DNA of 64,000 nucleotides from Pseudomonadota bacterium (lineage in GTDB: Bacteria; Pseudomonadota; Alphaproteobacteria; JBCCHK01): positions 2,497 through 66,496 of the forward strand of contig JBCCHK010000004.1 in assembly GCA_039028835.1 (NCBI GenBank). Direction: 5' to 3'. This document shows, piece by piece, positions 48,023 to 56,035 of this stretch (position 1 is its first letter; every line of letters begins with the position of its first letter). Below the pieces are notes generated by a model that saw nothing but the letters and a program-made list of their open reading frames with translations, did not search any database and was not told the origin of the DNA. A program made the translations under genes and the position numbers.

Positions 48023-48634
48023 TTACTTTCGCACGCCGAAGGTATTGGGGGCGGTGCGGGTAAAGACCGTTCCCTTGCGCACGTAGGTTGTGAGCGATGC
48101 CACGATGGAGCGACGTTGTTTTGCCGTATCGGGCTTTCTAAGGCTCTTGATAATATCAGAGATATGCATGGGGCCTCGGTTTTTCTTGATCGCCTCATAG
48201 ATATCGTTCATCGTCGAGCCACTCCGCAGGCCTGACGCGGTCTTTACCGCCGCTTTTTTTCTTGCTGCGGTTTTCCGGGTGGTTTTTTTGGCCGCGGCTT
48301 TCCGGGTAGTTTTTTTGGCCGTAGTTTTCCCGGTAGTTTTTTTCGCGGCGGTTTTCCGAGTGGTTTTTTTGGCCGCGGTTTTCCCGGTGGTTTTTTTTGC
48401 GGCGGTTTTCCGAGTGGTTTTTTTGGCCGCAGTTTTCCCGGTGGTTTTTTTCACGGCGGTTTTCCGGGTGGTTTTTTTCGCGGCGGTTTTGGTTGCCTTT
48501 TTCGGCTTGGAAAGTGTTTTGAGCACTTTGGTGAGTTCTTTCTTCGCCGCCTGTTGACGTTTTACCAGGCGGTTAAGAGCTTTGATGGCGTCATCACATT
48601 TTTCAATAGACGCCTTAATTTGACGAGCGGACAT
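48023..48634 (-). CDS. Lysine-rich histone-H1-like repeat protein with a C-terminal winged-helix-like domain
   Basis: About ten repeats of AAKKTT(R/G)KT in the centre, an N-terminal coiled segment, and a C-terminal globular segment MNDIYEAIKKNRGPMHISDIIKSL... Confidence 0.7.
   Translation of the reverse strand: MSARQIKASIEKCDDAIKALNRLVKRQQAAKKELTKVLKTLSKPKKATKTAAKKTTRKTAVKKTTGKTAAKKTTRKTAAKKTTGKTAAKKTTRKTAAKKTTGKTTAKKTTRKAAAKKTTRKTAARKKAAVKTASGLRSGSTMNDIYEAIKKNRGPMHISDIIKSLRKPDTAKQRRSIVASLTTYVRKGTVFTRTAPNTFGVRK
48254..48499. repeat. Coding tandem repeat with a 24-bp unit (48-bp super-unit alternating R/G), about 10 copies
   Basis: On the plus strand the DNA reads GGTTTTTTTGGCCGCGGTTTTCCSGGT-like units. 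It translates to KTAAKKTT(R/G). Confidence 0.85.
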
Positions 48635-48785
48635 AGATTCCTCTGGGATGTTGTGAAGGGGGGTTGGGTTGGATGAGGGCGATGACGCCTAAGAGGTTTA
48701 TCAAAGTCATAGGCTTGAAAATCATCGATGAAGATATTGGCATGGTGCGGGATTGAATTCCTTTGCTGAGCTATCTTACCCATCG

Positions 48786-48827
48786 AGTCATGGCTATTCA
48801 GTCATGGTTATCGAGTTATGGCCACCG
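48786..48827. repeat. Degenerate 14-bp tandem repeat x3 (AGTCATGGCTATTC / AGTCATGGTTATCG / AGTTATGGCCACCG)
   Basis: Read directly. It lies about 150-190 bp upstream of the H1-like gene start. Confidence 0.7.
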
Positions 48828-48838
48828 ATTGTAGGGGG

Positions 48839-48852
48839 CTGTCTATAGACAG
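48839..48852. repeat. Perfect 14-bp palindrome CTGTCTATAGACAG
   Basis: Read directly. It could be an operator-type dyad. Confidence 0.7.
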
Positions 48853-49510
48853 TCCTGACATTGAGGATCGATGGTACAGGGGATAGAGCGCAATCACTTG
48901 GCAAAGAGTTAAAAAGATCACGGTTAGGTGATCGGTGAGCCAACGATGGTATATCGTTAACCGGTCTTTCCCGCGACCAAAGCTTTTATACCTATAGATG
49001 TAAACCTCTTAAACAAAATGACCTCACCAAAAAAGGACTCTTGAGATCAACGAGCGAAACAAATCCGCCAGACCAACTCAAGAGTAGATGTGGTGGGCTT
49101 GATAGTTCTAAAATTAGCTATATCCCTATCGATCTATCTTGAACATAGAATAGGTCTGATAGACTTGGTCTCATGACTATAAAGCCTGGATTTACTATAC
49201 CGATGTGTGGTGTTTTGATAATGGCGGGAAAGGGTTTTTGCCTTTTATAGGTGAGTTTTTCCACACAAAATCGATAATTTTATAGATTTTTTTCTAAAAT
49301 GACTCGCCAAAAGGATATCTTGTCGTGTTTTTTGTGCAGAGCATCGAATCGATAGCGCAAGAAGGAACGCCAACAAGAAGGGCAAGCAGGGGATATATAA
49401 GTGCTTTTGACGGTGATGTTATATCAGGCAAGCACAAGTGACAGTCGTAGCATCACATCCTCGATCATCGATATCTCACATCGATGCCGATCCATGGTGC
49501 TAAAAACGGT

Positions 49511-50383
49511 TTAACCAGACTCGAGCCAGATCTGACAACAGCGTTTGGCCATCGCCCGGACCCGGGCGATATAATTCGTGCGCACGCCGCTCGCAAGCGA
49601 CGTGCGCGCATCGATCAGGTTAAACAAATGGCTGGCCTTGAGGCATTGCTCGTAGGCGGGAATGGCAAGATCCTTGTCCAGGCAGATTTGGGCTTGGTTT
49701 TCTGCATCATCAAAATGACGCCGCAAGAGCGCCAGATCGCTATGCTCAAAACTATAGGTCGATTGTTCTTTTTCTGCGCGCCAGAAAATATCACGATAGG
49801 TTTTTGAGTTCGGCGCACCTGGCGGGTTATAGGGGATATCAAAAACATTATCCAGGCCAAAAATATGCAACGCGAGACGTTCCAGGCCATAGGTTAATTC
49901 CACAGGAATACGCTTGCAATCAAACCCGCCCATCTGCTGGAAATAGGTAAACTGCGTAATCTCCATGCCCTGGCACCAGACCTCCCACCCCAGACCTGCC
50001 GCCCCTAAGGTCGGGCTCTCCCAATCGTCTTCCACAAAGCGCACATCATTGGCTTGCTGGTCGATCCCTAACCTTGCCAGACTCGCAAGGTAGGTGTCTT
50101 GAATGTCCTCAGGTGAGGGGCGGATAAAGACCTGGTATTGCAGATGCTGATACAGACGATTGGGATTATCGCCGTAACGGCCATCGGCCGGTCGCCGCGA
50201 GGGCTGAAGATAAGCGCAAGCCCAATGATCGTCCGGCCCCAAGGCGCGTAACGTCGTTGCCGGATGAAACGTGCCCGCGCCGACCTCCATATCATAAGGG
50301 GTGATGAGCGCACACCCTTGCGCGCCCCAAAAACTGTTCAGGCGCGTGATGATATCTTGCAAACACGTGGGACGAGAGGTCAT
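49511..50383 (-). CDS. glyQ: Glycine-tRNA ligase alpha subunit
   Basis: Highly conserved sequence LQDIITRLNSFWGAQGCALITPYDMEVGAGTFHP...YQYQVFIRPSP. Confidence 0.96.
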   Translation of the reverse strand: MTSRPTCLQDIITRLNSFWGAQGCALITPYDMEVGAGTFHPATTLRALGPDDHWACAYLQPSRRPADGRYGDNPNRLYQHLQYQVFIRPSPEDIQDTYLASLARLGIDQQANDVRFVEDDWESPTLGAAGLGWEVWCQGMEITQFTYFQQMGGFDCKRIPVELTYGLERLALHIFGLDNVFDIPYNPPGAPNSKTYRDIFWRAEKEQSTYSFEHSDLALLRRHFDDAENQAQICLDKDLAIPAYEQCLKASHLFNLIDARTSLASGVRTNYIARVRAMAKRCCQIWLESG

Positions 50384-50605
50384 AAAAGGCCCGTAGATGA
50401 GTTAACCCGAACGTGCCACAGCCCCCCCGTCTTCGCAAGGTAGCCTGCGGGCAGTCTGTCGGCAGGGCGATGATGCAAGGCATGGATAGCGCGGCTTTGT
50501 GCCCCGTGATACACTCGCATGAGCATACCCTTGCGGCGACGTGCAACGCCGCAAAGGCATCGCCAAGACGCCACACCGCAAACACCATATCAAGGGCGTT
50601 ACGCA

Positions 50606-50671
50606 AAGACGTCACAGCAAGACGTCACCCCAAGGCGTCATAGCAAGACAGCACACTCAAGACAGCAAGCA
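50606..50671 (+). promoter_or_regulatory. Five direct repeats with a 13-14 bp period (AAGACGTCACAGC, AAGACGTCACCCC, AAGGCGTCATAGC, AAGACAGCACACTC, AAGACAGCAAGC) ending 15 bp before the OmpA-like gene start
   Basis: Read directly, with unit starts at 50606, 50619, 50632, 50645 and 50659. The first two units carry the GACGTC palindrome. Confidence 0.55.
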
Positions 50672-50685
50672 AGAAAGCAAGGTTT

Positions 50686-51798
50686 ATGAGGTACGATATC
50701 TTGAACACACCCCCCAATCCAAACCCGGCAGGGCAAGGCTGGAGAGGGTTCGTTTTCGCCACCTTTATGGTCCTGATTACGCCGTCCATCATGGCGCAGG
50801 AGATCATCACCCCCCGCAGTCCCGCGCCCGCCCGGGCTCCTTTTGAGATTGACTACACCGCCTTGCGCGATGTGGCCTTAAGCGCAGGTCCCGGCTCGGT
50901 GATCCGGCCTGAGGGCGATGTCTTGACCCGCACAGAGGCCAGTGCCCCTGCCGCCAATGCTTCTGCGGCTTCTGCGGCCACGACGGTGCGCCCGCCTGCG
51001 CCGCAGACCCAGCAAGCCCCGCAAACAGCCCGGGTAGCTCCTGCCGTGACGCCTGCGGCAACGCCCGAGCCGGAGCTGACCGGTGGGGCTGATGTATCAG
51101 GCACGACGACGGACACGACGATGGACACAGTGACGGACACAGTGATGGATATGGGTGAAGAACCGCCGCGCCAACCGGCCCCATCGGCAACAGTGGCCAC
51201 AACGACCGCGCCAGCAGAGCCGACTGAGCCCGCCGCGCCGCCCGAGCCGCTTGTCACCGAGGTCGCACGGGAGCCAAGCCAAGAGGCTGAACAAGAGATC
51301 GAACCAATCGCCGAACAAATGGCCGAACAAGAGACCGAGCAAGACTCGGCTCGGGCCCTGGTGAATGACATTGTGCGAGCCGAACAAACCCCGCCAGACC
51401 AGACAGCATCCCCTTCCGCCCAGCTCGCGCGGGCCCCTGCACCGTCAGCGCCATCGGTGGATGTCATCAAGACCGCCCGGGGCGATGACCTGTATCGCAT
51501 CGTCTTCCCGCAAGACAGTGCCGAGCTGGATCAAAACAGCGTCGATCTGCTCACTCATATTGCCCGCGAACTCACCGCTGCACCGGACGTACGGGCAACG
51601 ATTAACGCCTATGCCGCCCTTTCCAGTGACAGCCAGCTGGCGCGCGTATCGCGACGCCTGTCTTTAACCCGGGCGCTGGAGGTGCGCACCCGGCTGATCG
51701 AATCCGGTGTGGGTGCCGCGCAGATCAGCCTGCGTGCCTTCACCGTCCCCACAGATGATGAGATTGGGGCCCGGGTCGATGTTACGATCCCGCAGTAA
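50686..51798 (+). CDS. OmpA-family peptidoglycan-binding protein with a signal peptide and a long Pro/Ala/Thr/Glu-rich linker
   Basis: Signal sequence GFVFATFMVLITPSIMAQE, and a C-terminal OmpA_C-like domain (FPQDSAELDQNSVDLL...SRRLSLTRALEVRTRLIESGV). Confidence 0.75.
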   Translation: MRYDILNTPPNPNPAGQGWRGFVFATFMVLITPSIMAQEIITPRSPAPARAPFEIDYTALRDVALSAGPGSVIRPEGDVLTRTEASAPAANASAASAATTVRPPAPQTQQAPQTARVAPAVTPAATPEPELTGGADVSGTTTDTTMDTVTDTVMDMGEEPPRQPAPSATVATTTAPAEPTEPAAPPEPLVTEVAREPSQEAEQEIEPIAEQMAEQETEQDSARALVNDIVRAEQTPPDQTASPSAQLARAPAPSAPSVDVIKTARGDDLYRIVFPQDSAELDQNSVDLLTHIARELTAAPDVRATINAYAALSSDSQLARVSRRLSLTRALEVRTRLIESGVGAAQISLRAFTVPTDDEIGARVDVTIPQ

Positions 51799-51824
51799 CC
51801 CGATGTCCTAAGGGAGCGTTTGCC

Positions 51825-52925
51825 GTGGACACCTTTTCCAGCGCAAAATATCTCACCCGGATGTCTCTGTTTATCGCCGGCGTCGTGGTGGTATTGGTGG
51901 TGCTCGCGCCGCGTTTTCTTCCCGTTTTGCAGGCCAATTTTTGGTTTAACGGCTTTATCCTCGCGCTCAGCCTGTTTGGCATCGTCCACGCCTTTGCCAA
52001 GGTCTCGAGTTTGCACCGGGAAGGCCGATGGCTTGATAAGGCCCTTTCGCCTTCCTCGGTGCCCGAGCGCACCAAGCCCGACATCCTTCATCCCATCGCC
52101 ATCCAGCTGCAAACCCATGGTCGCATTCAAGACGGCGCTGGGGCGGCAGACCGAGTTGCGCAGCGGCTCGATGAATCCCGCCAGGTCGCCCGCTATCTGG
52201 TTGGTTTGTTGGTGTTTTTAGGCTTGCTCGGCACCTTTTGGGGGTTGTTGCGAACGATTTTTGCCGTCGGCGGCACCATCGAAGCCCTCACCATTCAAAG
52301 CGATGTCGCCCAAGTCTTTGCCGAGCTCCGGGACGGCTTGCAAGCCCCCTTATCGGGGATGGGGATCGCCTTTAGTTCATCCTTATTTGGTCTGGCAGGG
52401 TCCCTGGTGGTGGGCTTTTTAGAATTGCAGGTCAACCAGGCCTGTAACGCCTTTCTTGCCCATATAGAAGACCGCACCCAAAGCACCTCTTCATCGACAA
52501 CCTTTGCCTCCCAAGCGCCGCCGTCCTCCCCGGCCATGGACGCGGCCCTCATGACCCAGGCCGCTGAGGTGGCCCATAACCTGGCGCAATCGCTGGCCAC
52601 GCAACAAAAACAAAGTGCGAGCTGGCAACAGCACATGGCCGGCCTGGCGCGCGAACTGGCCCAGCTTAATCAGCACCTTAAAGCCAACGGTGAGGCTCTC
52701 CAGGAAATGAGTGTCGCACAAAGCGAATTACGCGCAGGCCTGGCACGCGCATTAAAAACAGCCACCCCTGCGTCCTCCTCTAGCCAGGGTGTAGAAAACC
52801 TTGCAGAACAATTAGACAAACTCATCATCGAGATCAGCCGAGGCCGTCAACAAACCGTTAACGATCTGCGGAGCGAGTTGCGTATTTTGGGTCGCGCCTT
52901 GACTCTGCCGCATAACAAAAAATAG
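51825..52925 (+). CDS. MotA/TolQ/ExbB-family proton-channel protein with a C-terminal tail of about 150 aa (Ser-rich and coiled coil); GTG start
   Basis: Four predicted TM helices and the family motif PLSGMGIAFSSSLFGLAGSLVVGFLELQV. AGGGAG lies about 8 nt upstream of the GTG. Confidence 0.7.
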   Translation: MDTFSSAKYLTRMSLFIAGVVVVLVVLAPRFLPVLQANFWFNGFILALSLFGIVHAFAKVSSLHREGRWLDKALSPSSVPERTKPDILHPIAIQLQTHGRIQDGAGAADRVAQRLDESRQVARYLVGLLVFLGLLGTFWGLLRTIFAVGGTIEALTIQSDVAQVFAELRDGLQAPLSGMGIAFSSSLFGLAGSLVVGFLELQVNQACNAFLAHIEDRTQSTSSSTTFASQAPPSSPAMDAALMTQAAEVAHNLAQSLATQQKQSASWQQHMAGLARELAQLNQHLKANGEALQEMSVAQSELRAGLARALKTATPASSSSQGVENLAEQLDKLIIEISRGRQQTVNDLRSELRILGRALTLPHNKK

Positions 52926-52927
52926 TC

Positions 52928-54262
52928 ATGCCGATGCGGCGTTACGTTTCAACCCAACGCATCACCAACGACTCGATCTGGCCTGGCTTTGTCGATGCGC
53001 TGTCGACGCTGTTAATGGTCATCATCTTTATTTTGATGATTTTTGCGGTTGCTCAATTTTTTCTCGCGCAAACTGTCACAGGCCGTGATGAGGTGGTCGC
53101 GCGGTTGATGGATGATATCGAGCAGTTGGAGCAAAAAATCACCCTTGCAGGCGTCGAACAAGACCAACTAGAGCGTAATCTCTCAAGTGCGCAAGAACGC
53201 ATCGATGAGGTCGTCGGCCAGCGCGACCTTTTATCCGATCGTCTGCAGAGTCTAGAAATCGACCTGCGCGGATCGTCCGCGCAGGTCAGCCAGTTAGAAA
53301 ATCAAACCACTCATTTAAGCGCGCAGGTCCAGGAACAACGCCAAGCTCGTGAGACCTTGCGAGCGCAGCTGCAAGCGCGCACCCAAGACCTGGAACAAGA
53401 AAATCAAACCATGCGCGAAGGGGCGCAAGCCGATGCCGCGCAACTGGCAAGCCTGCGCGAGGCTTTGGGAGCGAGCCAAAAACGGCTAGAAAATCTCTGG
53501 CGGGATCGGCGAGCCAACGAGCAAGTTTTTCGCCAGGATATCCAAGACCTAGAACATAGGGTCACCGAACTGACCACCCTGCTGGCGCGACGAAACCTTT
53601 CCCTAGACGAACGGCGTCGGGCACTCTTGCGCACCCGAGCCGAAAGCCGTTCCTTACAAGATAGTTTAGACGATGTGGCAGGGCAGTTGTTACAAGTGCA
53701 GCAAGCTCTGGAGATGAGCGAGGCCGCTGTCTCATCTCGCGATATAGAAATCACCAACCTCACCTCGCGGATTAACCAAGGACTCATACGTAAGGTCGAA
53801 GAATTAAACCGCTACCGCTCAGAGTTTTTTGGCCGCGTGCGTGATGTGATCGGCGCCCGTGATGATATTCAAATCGTCGGTGATCGGTTTGTCCTCTCAG
53901 CCGAGGTGCTGTTTCCTTCAGGCTCGGCGCGACTCACGCCCGAGGGCACGGTGCGGCTTGAGGAAATTGCGCAAACCGTTTTGAGGGTCGCCCAGACCCT
54001 GCCCGATGATGTGCCCTGGGTCTTGCGGGTGGATGGTCATACTGACCGGGTGCCGATCAACACGCCGCGCTACCCCAGCAATTGGGAACTCTCCACCAGC
54101 CGCGCGACCTCGGTGGTGCGCTTTTTAATCTCCCAAGGATTTCCGGCGGACCGTCTGGCCGCCGCTGGCTTTGCCGATCAAAAACCCATCGATCCGGCGG
54201 ATACGCCCCAGGCCTATAGCCTTAATCGGCGCATCGAGTTGCGCATCGACCAAGGTCAATAA
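52928..54262 (+). CDS. MotB-like protein: N-terminal TM helix with a conserved Asp, a coiled coil of about 250 aa, and a C-terminal OmpA/MotB peptidoglycan-binding domain
   Basis: N-terminal WPGFVDALSTLLMVIIFILMIF, a heptad-rich Gln/Leu/Arg/Glu region, and the C-terminal pattern FPSGSARL...VDGHTDRVP...SNWELSTSRATSVVRFL...NRRIELRI. It starts 3 nt after the MotA-like stop. Confidence 0.8.
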   Translation: MPMRRYVSTQRITNDSIWPGFVDALSTLLMVIIFILMIFAVAQFFLAQTVTGRDEVVARLMDDIEQLEQKITLAGVEQDQLERNLSSAQERIDEVVGQRDLLSDRLQSLEIDLRGSSAQVSQLENQTTHLSAQVQEQRQARETLRAQLQARTQDLEQENQTMREGAQADAAQLASLREALGASQKRLENLWRDRRANEQVFRQDIQDLEHRVTELTTLLARRNLSLDERRRALLRTRAESRSLQDSLDDVAGQLLQVQQALEMSEAAVSSRDIEITNLTSRINQGLIRKVEELNRYRSEFFGRVRDVIGARDDIQIVGDRFVLSAEVLFPSGSARLTPEGTVRLEEIAQTVLRVAQTLPDDVPWVLRVDGHTDRVPINTPRYPSNWELSTSRATSVVRFLISQGFPADRLAAAGFADQKPIDPADTPQAYSLNRRIELRIDQGQ

Positions 54263-54280
54263 AAAGTCCCATAAAAAAAT

Positions 54281-54916
54281 CTATAACAGCGAGCCATCCG
54301 GGCCGGTGATTCGGATGGGGAGTTTATCATCGAAAATCGGGTCGATCGCGCGTGAGGGTAACGTCTGGCCTATCAGGGCCGCGTCATTTTTTGCGCGGTT
54401 GGCAGCCAGTTGTTCTGCGGTGACCTGCAGACCCACGACAATGGCATGGGACTGCACGATCAACACGGGATCGACGATGCCCATGTCGATCTGTGCCGCT
54501 TGGGTAATGGTCAGGCGCCCGCGCCCAAGCTCTGGGGCGCCCTCGATGGGCAGGACGCTCTTGGCGATGATCCTATCGTTGTTATCGATGATCCCGATGA
54601 AGACCGCCCCTGCCACCGTATCGCCAGTAAAGGCCGGGCTTACGTTGAAGATTACCGGCAACACAAAGCTAATCGTCAATTCATTATTTTTTGCGTAAGT
54701 GCATTGACCGCGATAAGCCCCCAAACGGGCTTGGTAGAGGACCTCGCCCTCGTCGCTCACAACGTCCATGGTTTGGGTCCCCTGGACTTGCGCGATCGGC
54801 AGGCAGCGATAGGTAATCTCGTTTTGGGGTTCTTGGGAGCTCGTGCAACTGGTAAACCCCAACATCACCCCCAGCAACAAGGCATAGATGAACAAGATAG
54901 GAAAGTTATGGGTCAT
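54281..54916 (-). CDS. Hypothetical lipoprotein; start trimmed to MTHNFPILFIY
   Basis: Signal plus lipobox-like LLLGVMLGFTSC. The mature part looks beta-rich, and I recognise no domain. Confidence 0.45.
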   Translation of the reverse strand: MTHNFPILFIYALLLGVMLGFTSCTSSQEPQNEITYRCLPIAQVQGTQTMDVVSDEGEVLYQARLGAYRGQCTYAKNNELTISFVLPVIFNVSPAFTGDTVAGAVFIGIIDNNDRIIAKSVLPIEGAPELGRGRLTITQAAQIDMGIVDPVLIVQSHAIVVGLQVTAEQLAANRAKNDAALIGQTLPSRAIDPIFDDKLPIRITGPDGSLL

Positions 54917-55057
54917 TATCGATCCGCTATCGGTTGGTAAGTAGGGGGCCGTCATCCTTTGGTCATGGCGTGGTGATCCTAACATAAAGGGCATCGTTTA
55001 CATATCGCAAGCCGAGTTCTATCATCGGGGGATGATCTTTTTTAATCCCGGCGTTGT

Positions 55058-56035
55058 ATGACTCTGCCTTTGTTGACCGTTTTGCTGGCCGACCCGCGCG
55101 GTTTTTGCGCTGGCGTGAGTCGTGCGATTAGGATCGTCGAGCGTGCCCTGGAGATTTACGGCGCACCGATCTACGTCCGTCATGAGATTGTCCACAACCG
55201 CCATGTGGTGGATCGTCTGGCCGCGTTGGGGGCGGTTTTTGTCCATGAGTTAGATGAGATCCCCCCTGATTCGGTGGTGATCTTCTCCGCCCACGGGGTG
55301 CCCAAGTCCGTGCCTGAACAGGCCAAGGCGCGCGCGTTGATCGTGCTGGATGCCACGTGTCCCCTGGTCAGCAAAGTCCACGTCGAGGCCATGGGGTACG
55401 ATAAAAAAGATATCCACGTTGTCTTGATCGGCCATGCCGGTCATCCCGAGGTGGAGGGCACCATGGGCCAGGTACCGGACGGGTCTATGACCTTGGTGGA
55501 GTCCTTAATCGATGTGGCGCGGCTCACCTTTTCGCCCGACCAGCCGCTCGCCTACGTCACCCAAACGACCCTATCGGTGGATGACACCCAGGTGATTATC
55601 GATGCGCTGCGTGTGCGCTATCCGCACATTAAGGGGCCGAGCAAGCAAGACATTTGTTATGCCACCACCAACCGCCAGGCGGCGGTGAAGACCATGGCCC
55701 CGCGCTGTGATGGGTTCGTGGTGATCGGGGCCTACAACTCGTCTAATTCCATGCGCCTGGTGGAGGTCGCGAAAACCGCCGGATGTGCGAACGCCCAACT
55801 CATTACCGAGCCCGCCCAGCTCACCCAAGCGTGGCTTTCTGGCGTTACGACTTTGGGCGTGACAGCGGGCGCGTCAGCGCCAGAGGTGTTGGTGCAACGT
55901 TTGCTGGCCCGTCTACGGAACTGGCGGACGGTGCGGGTGCAGGATGTTCAGGTGGCATCTGAGGACGTAGATTTCAAGATTCCCGCCAGTTTGCGCGAGC
56001 CCCCCACACCGGTGGCGATAAGCTCGAACGGCTGA
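55058..56035 (+). CDS. ispH: 4-hydroxy-3-methylbut-2-enyl diphosphate reductase IspH (LytB)
   Basis: Motifs ADPRGFCAGV, HEIVHN, DATCPLVSKVH and SSNSMRL. Confidence 0.95.
   Translation: MTLPLLTVLLADPRGFCAGVSRAIRIVERALEIYGAPIYVRHEIVHNRHVVDRLAALGAVFVHELDEIPPDSVVIFSAHGVPKSVPEQAKARALIVLDATCPLVSKVHVEAMGYDKKDIHVVLIGHAGHPEVEGTMGQVPDGSMTLVESLIDVARLTFSPDQPLAYVTQTTLSVDDTQVIIDALRVRYPHIKGPSKQDICYATTNRQAAVKTMAPRCDGFVVIGAYNSSNSMRLVEVAKTAGCANAQLITEPAQLTQAWLSGVTTLGVTAGASAPEVLVQRLLARLRNWRTVRVQDVQVASEDVDFKIPASLREPPTPVAISSNG

Larger units (their letters stand above)
48635..49510. other. Large AT-rich spacer. No ORF of 60 aa or more lies in any frame between 48784 and 49483
   Basis: The ORF track has nothing inside this interval, and composition is visibly AT-richer than the flanks. 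It contains the repeats listed separately. Confidence 0.7.

Noticed and set aside
48870-48960. tRNA-like fragment (GGGGATAGAGCGC ... GATCACGGTTAGGTGATC) that might mark an integration site.
   Set aside because: There is no complementary acceptor stem, no GCTC partner for the D-stem, and the T-loop-like hairpin has the wrong loop. It cannot be folded into a cloverleaf by hand.
51825-54262. Classifying the MotA/MotB-like pair as a Zorya (ZorAB) anti-phage system.
   Set aside because: No ZorC/ZorD/ZorE-type genes are adjacent. The MotA-like protein (366 aa) is much shorter than the ZorA proteins I recall, and the neighbours are housekeeping genes. Only the general stator-with-tail analogy is retained in the finding.
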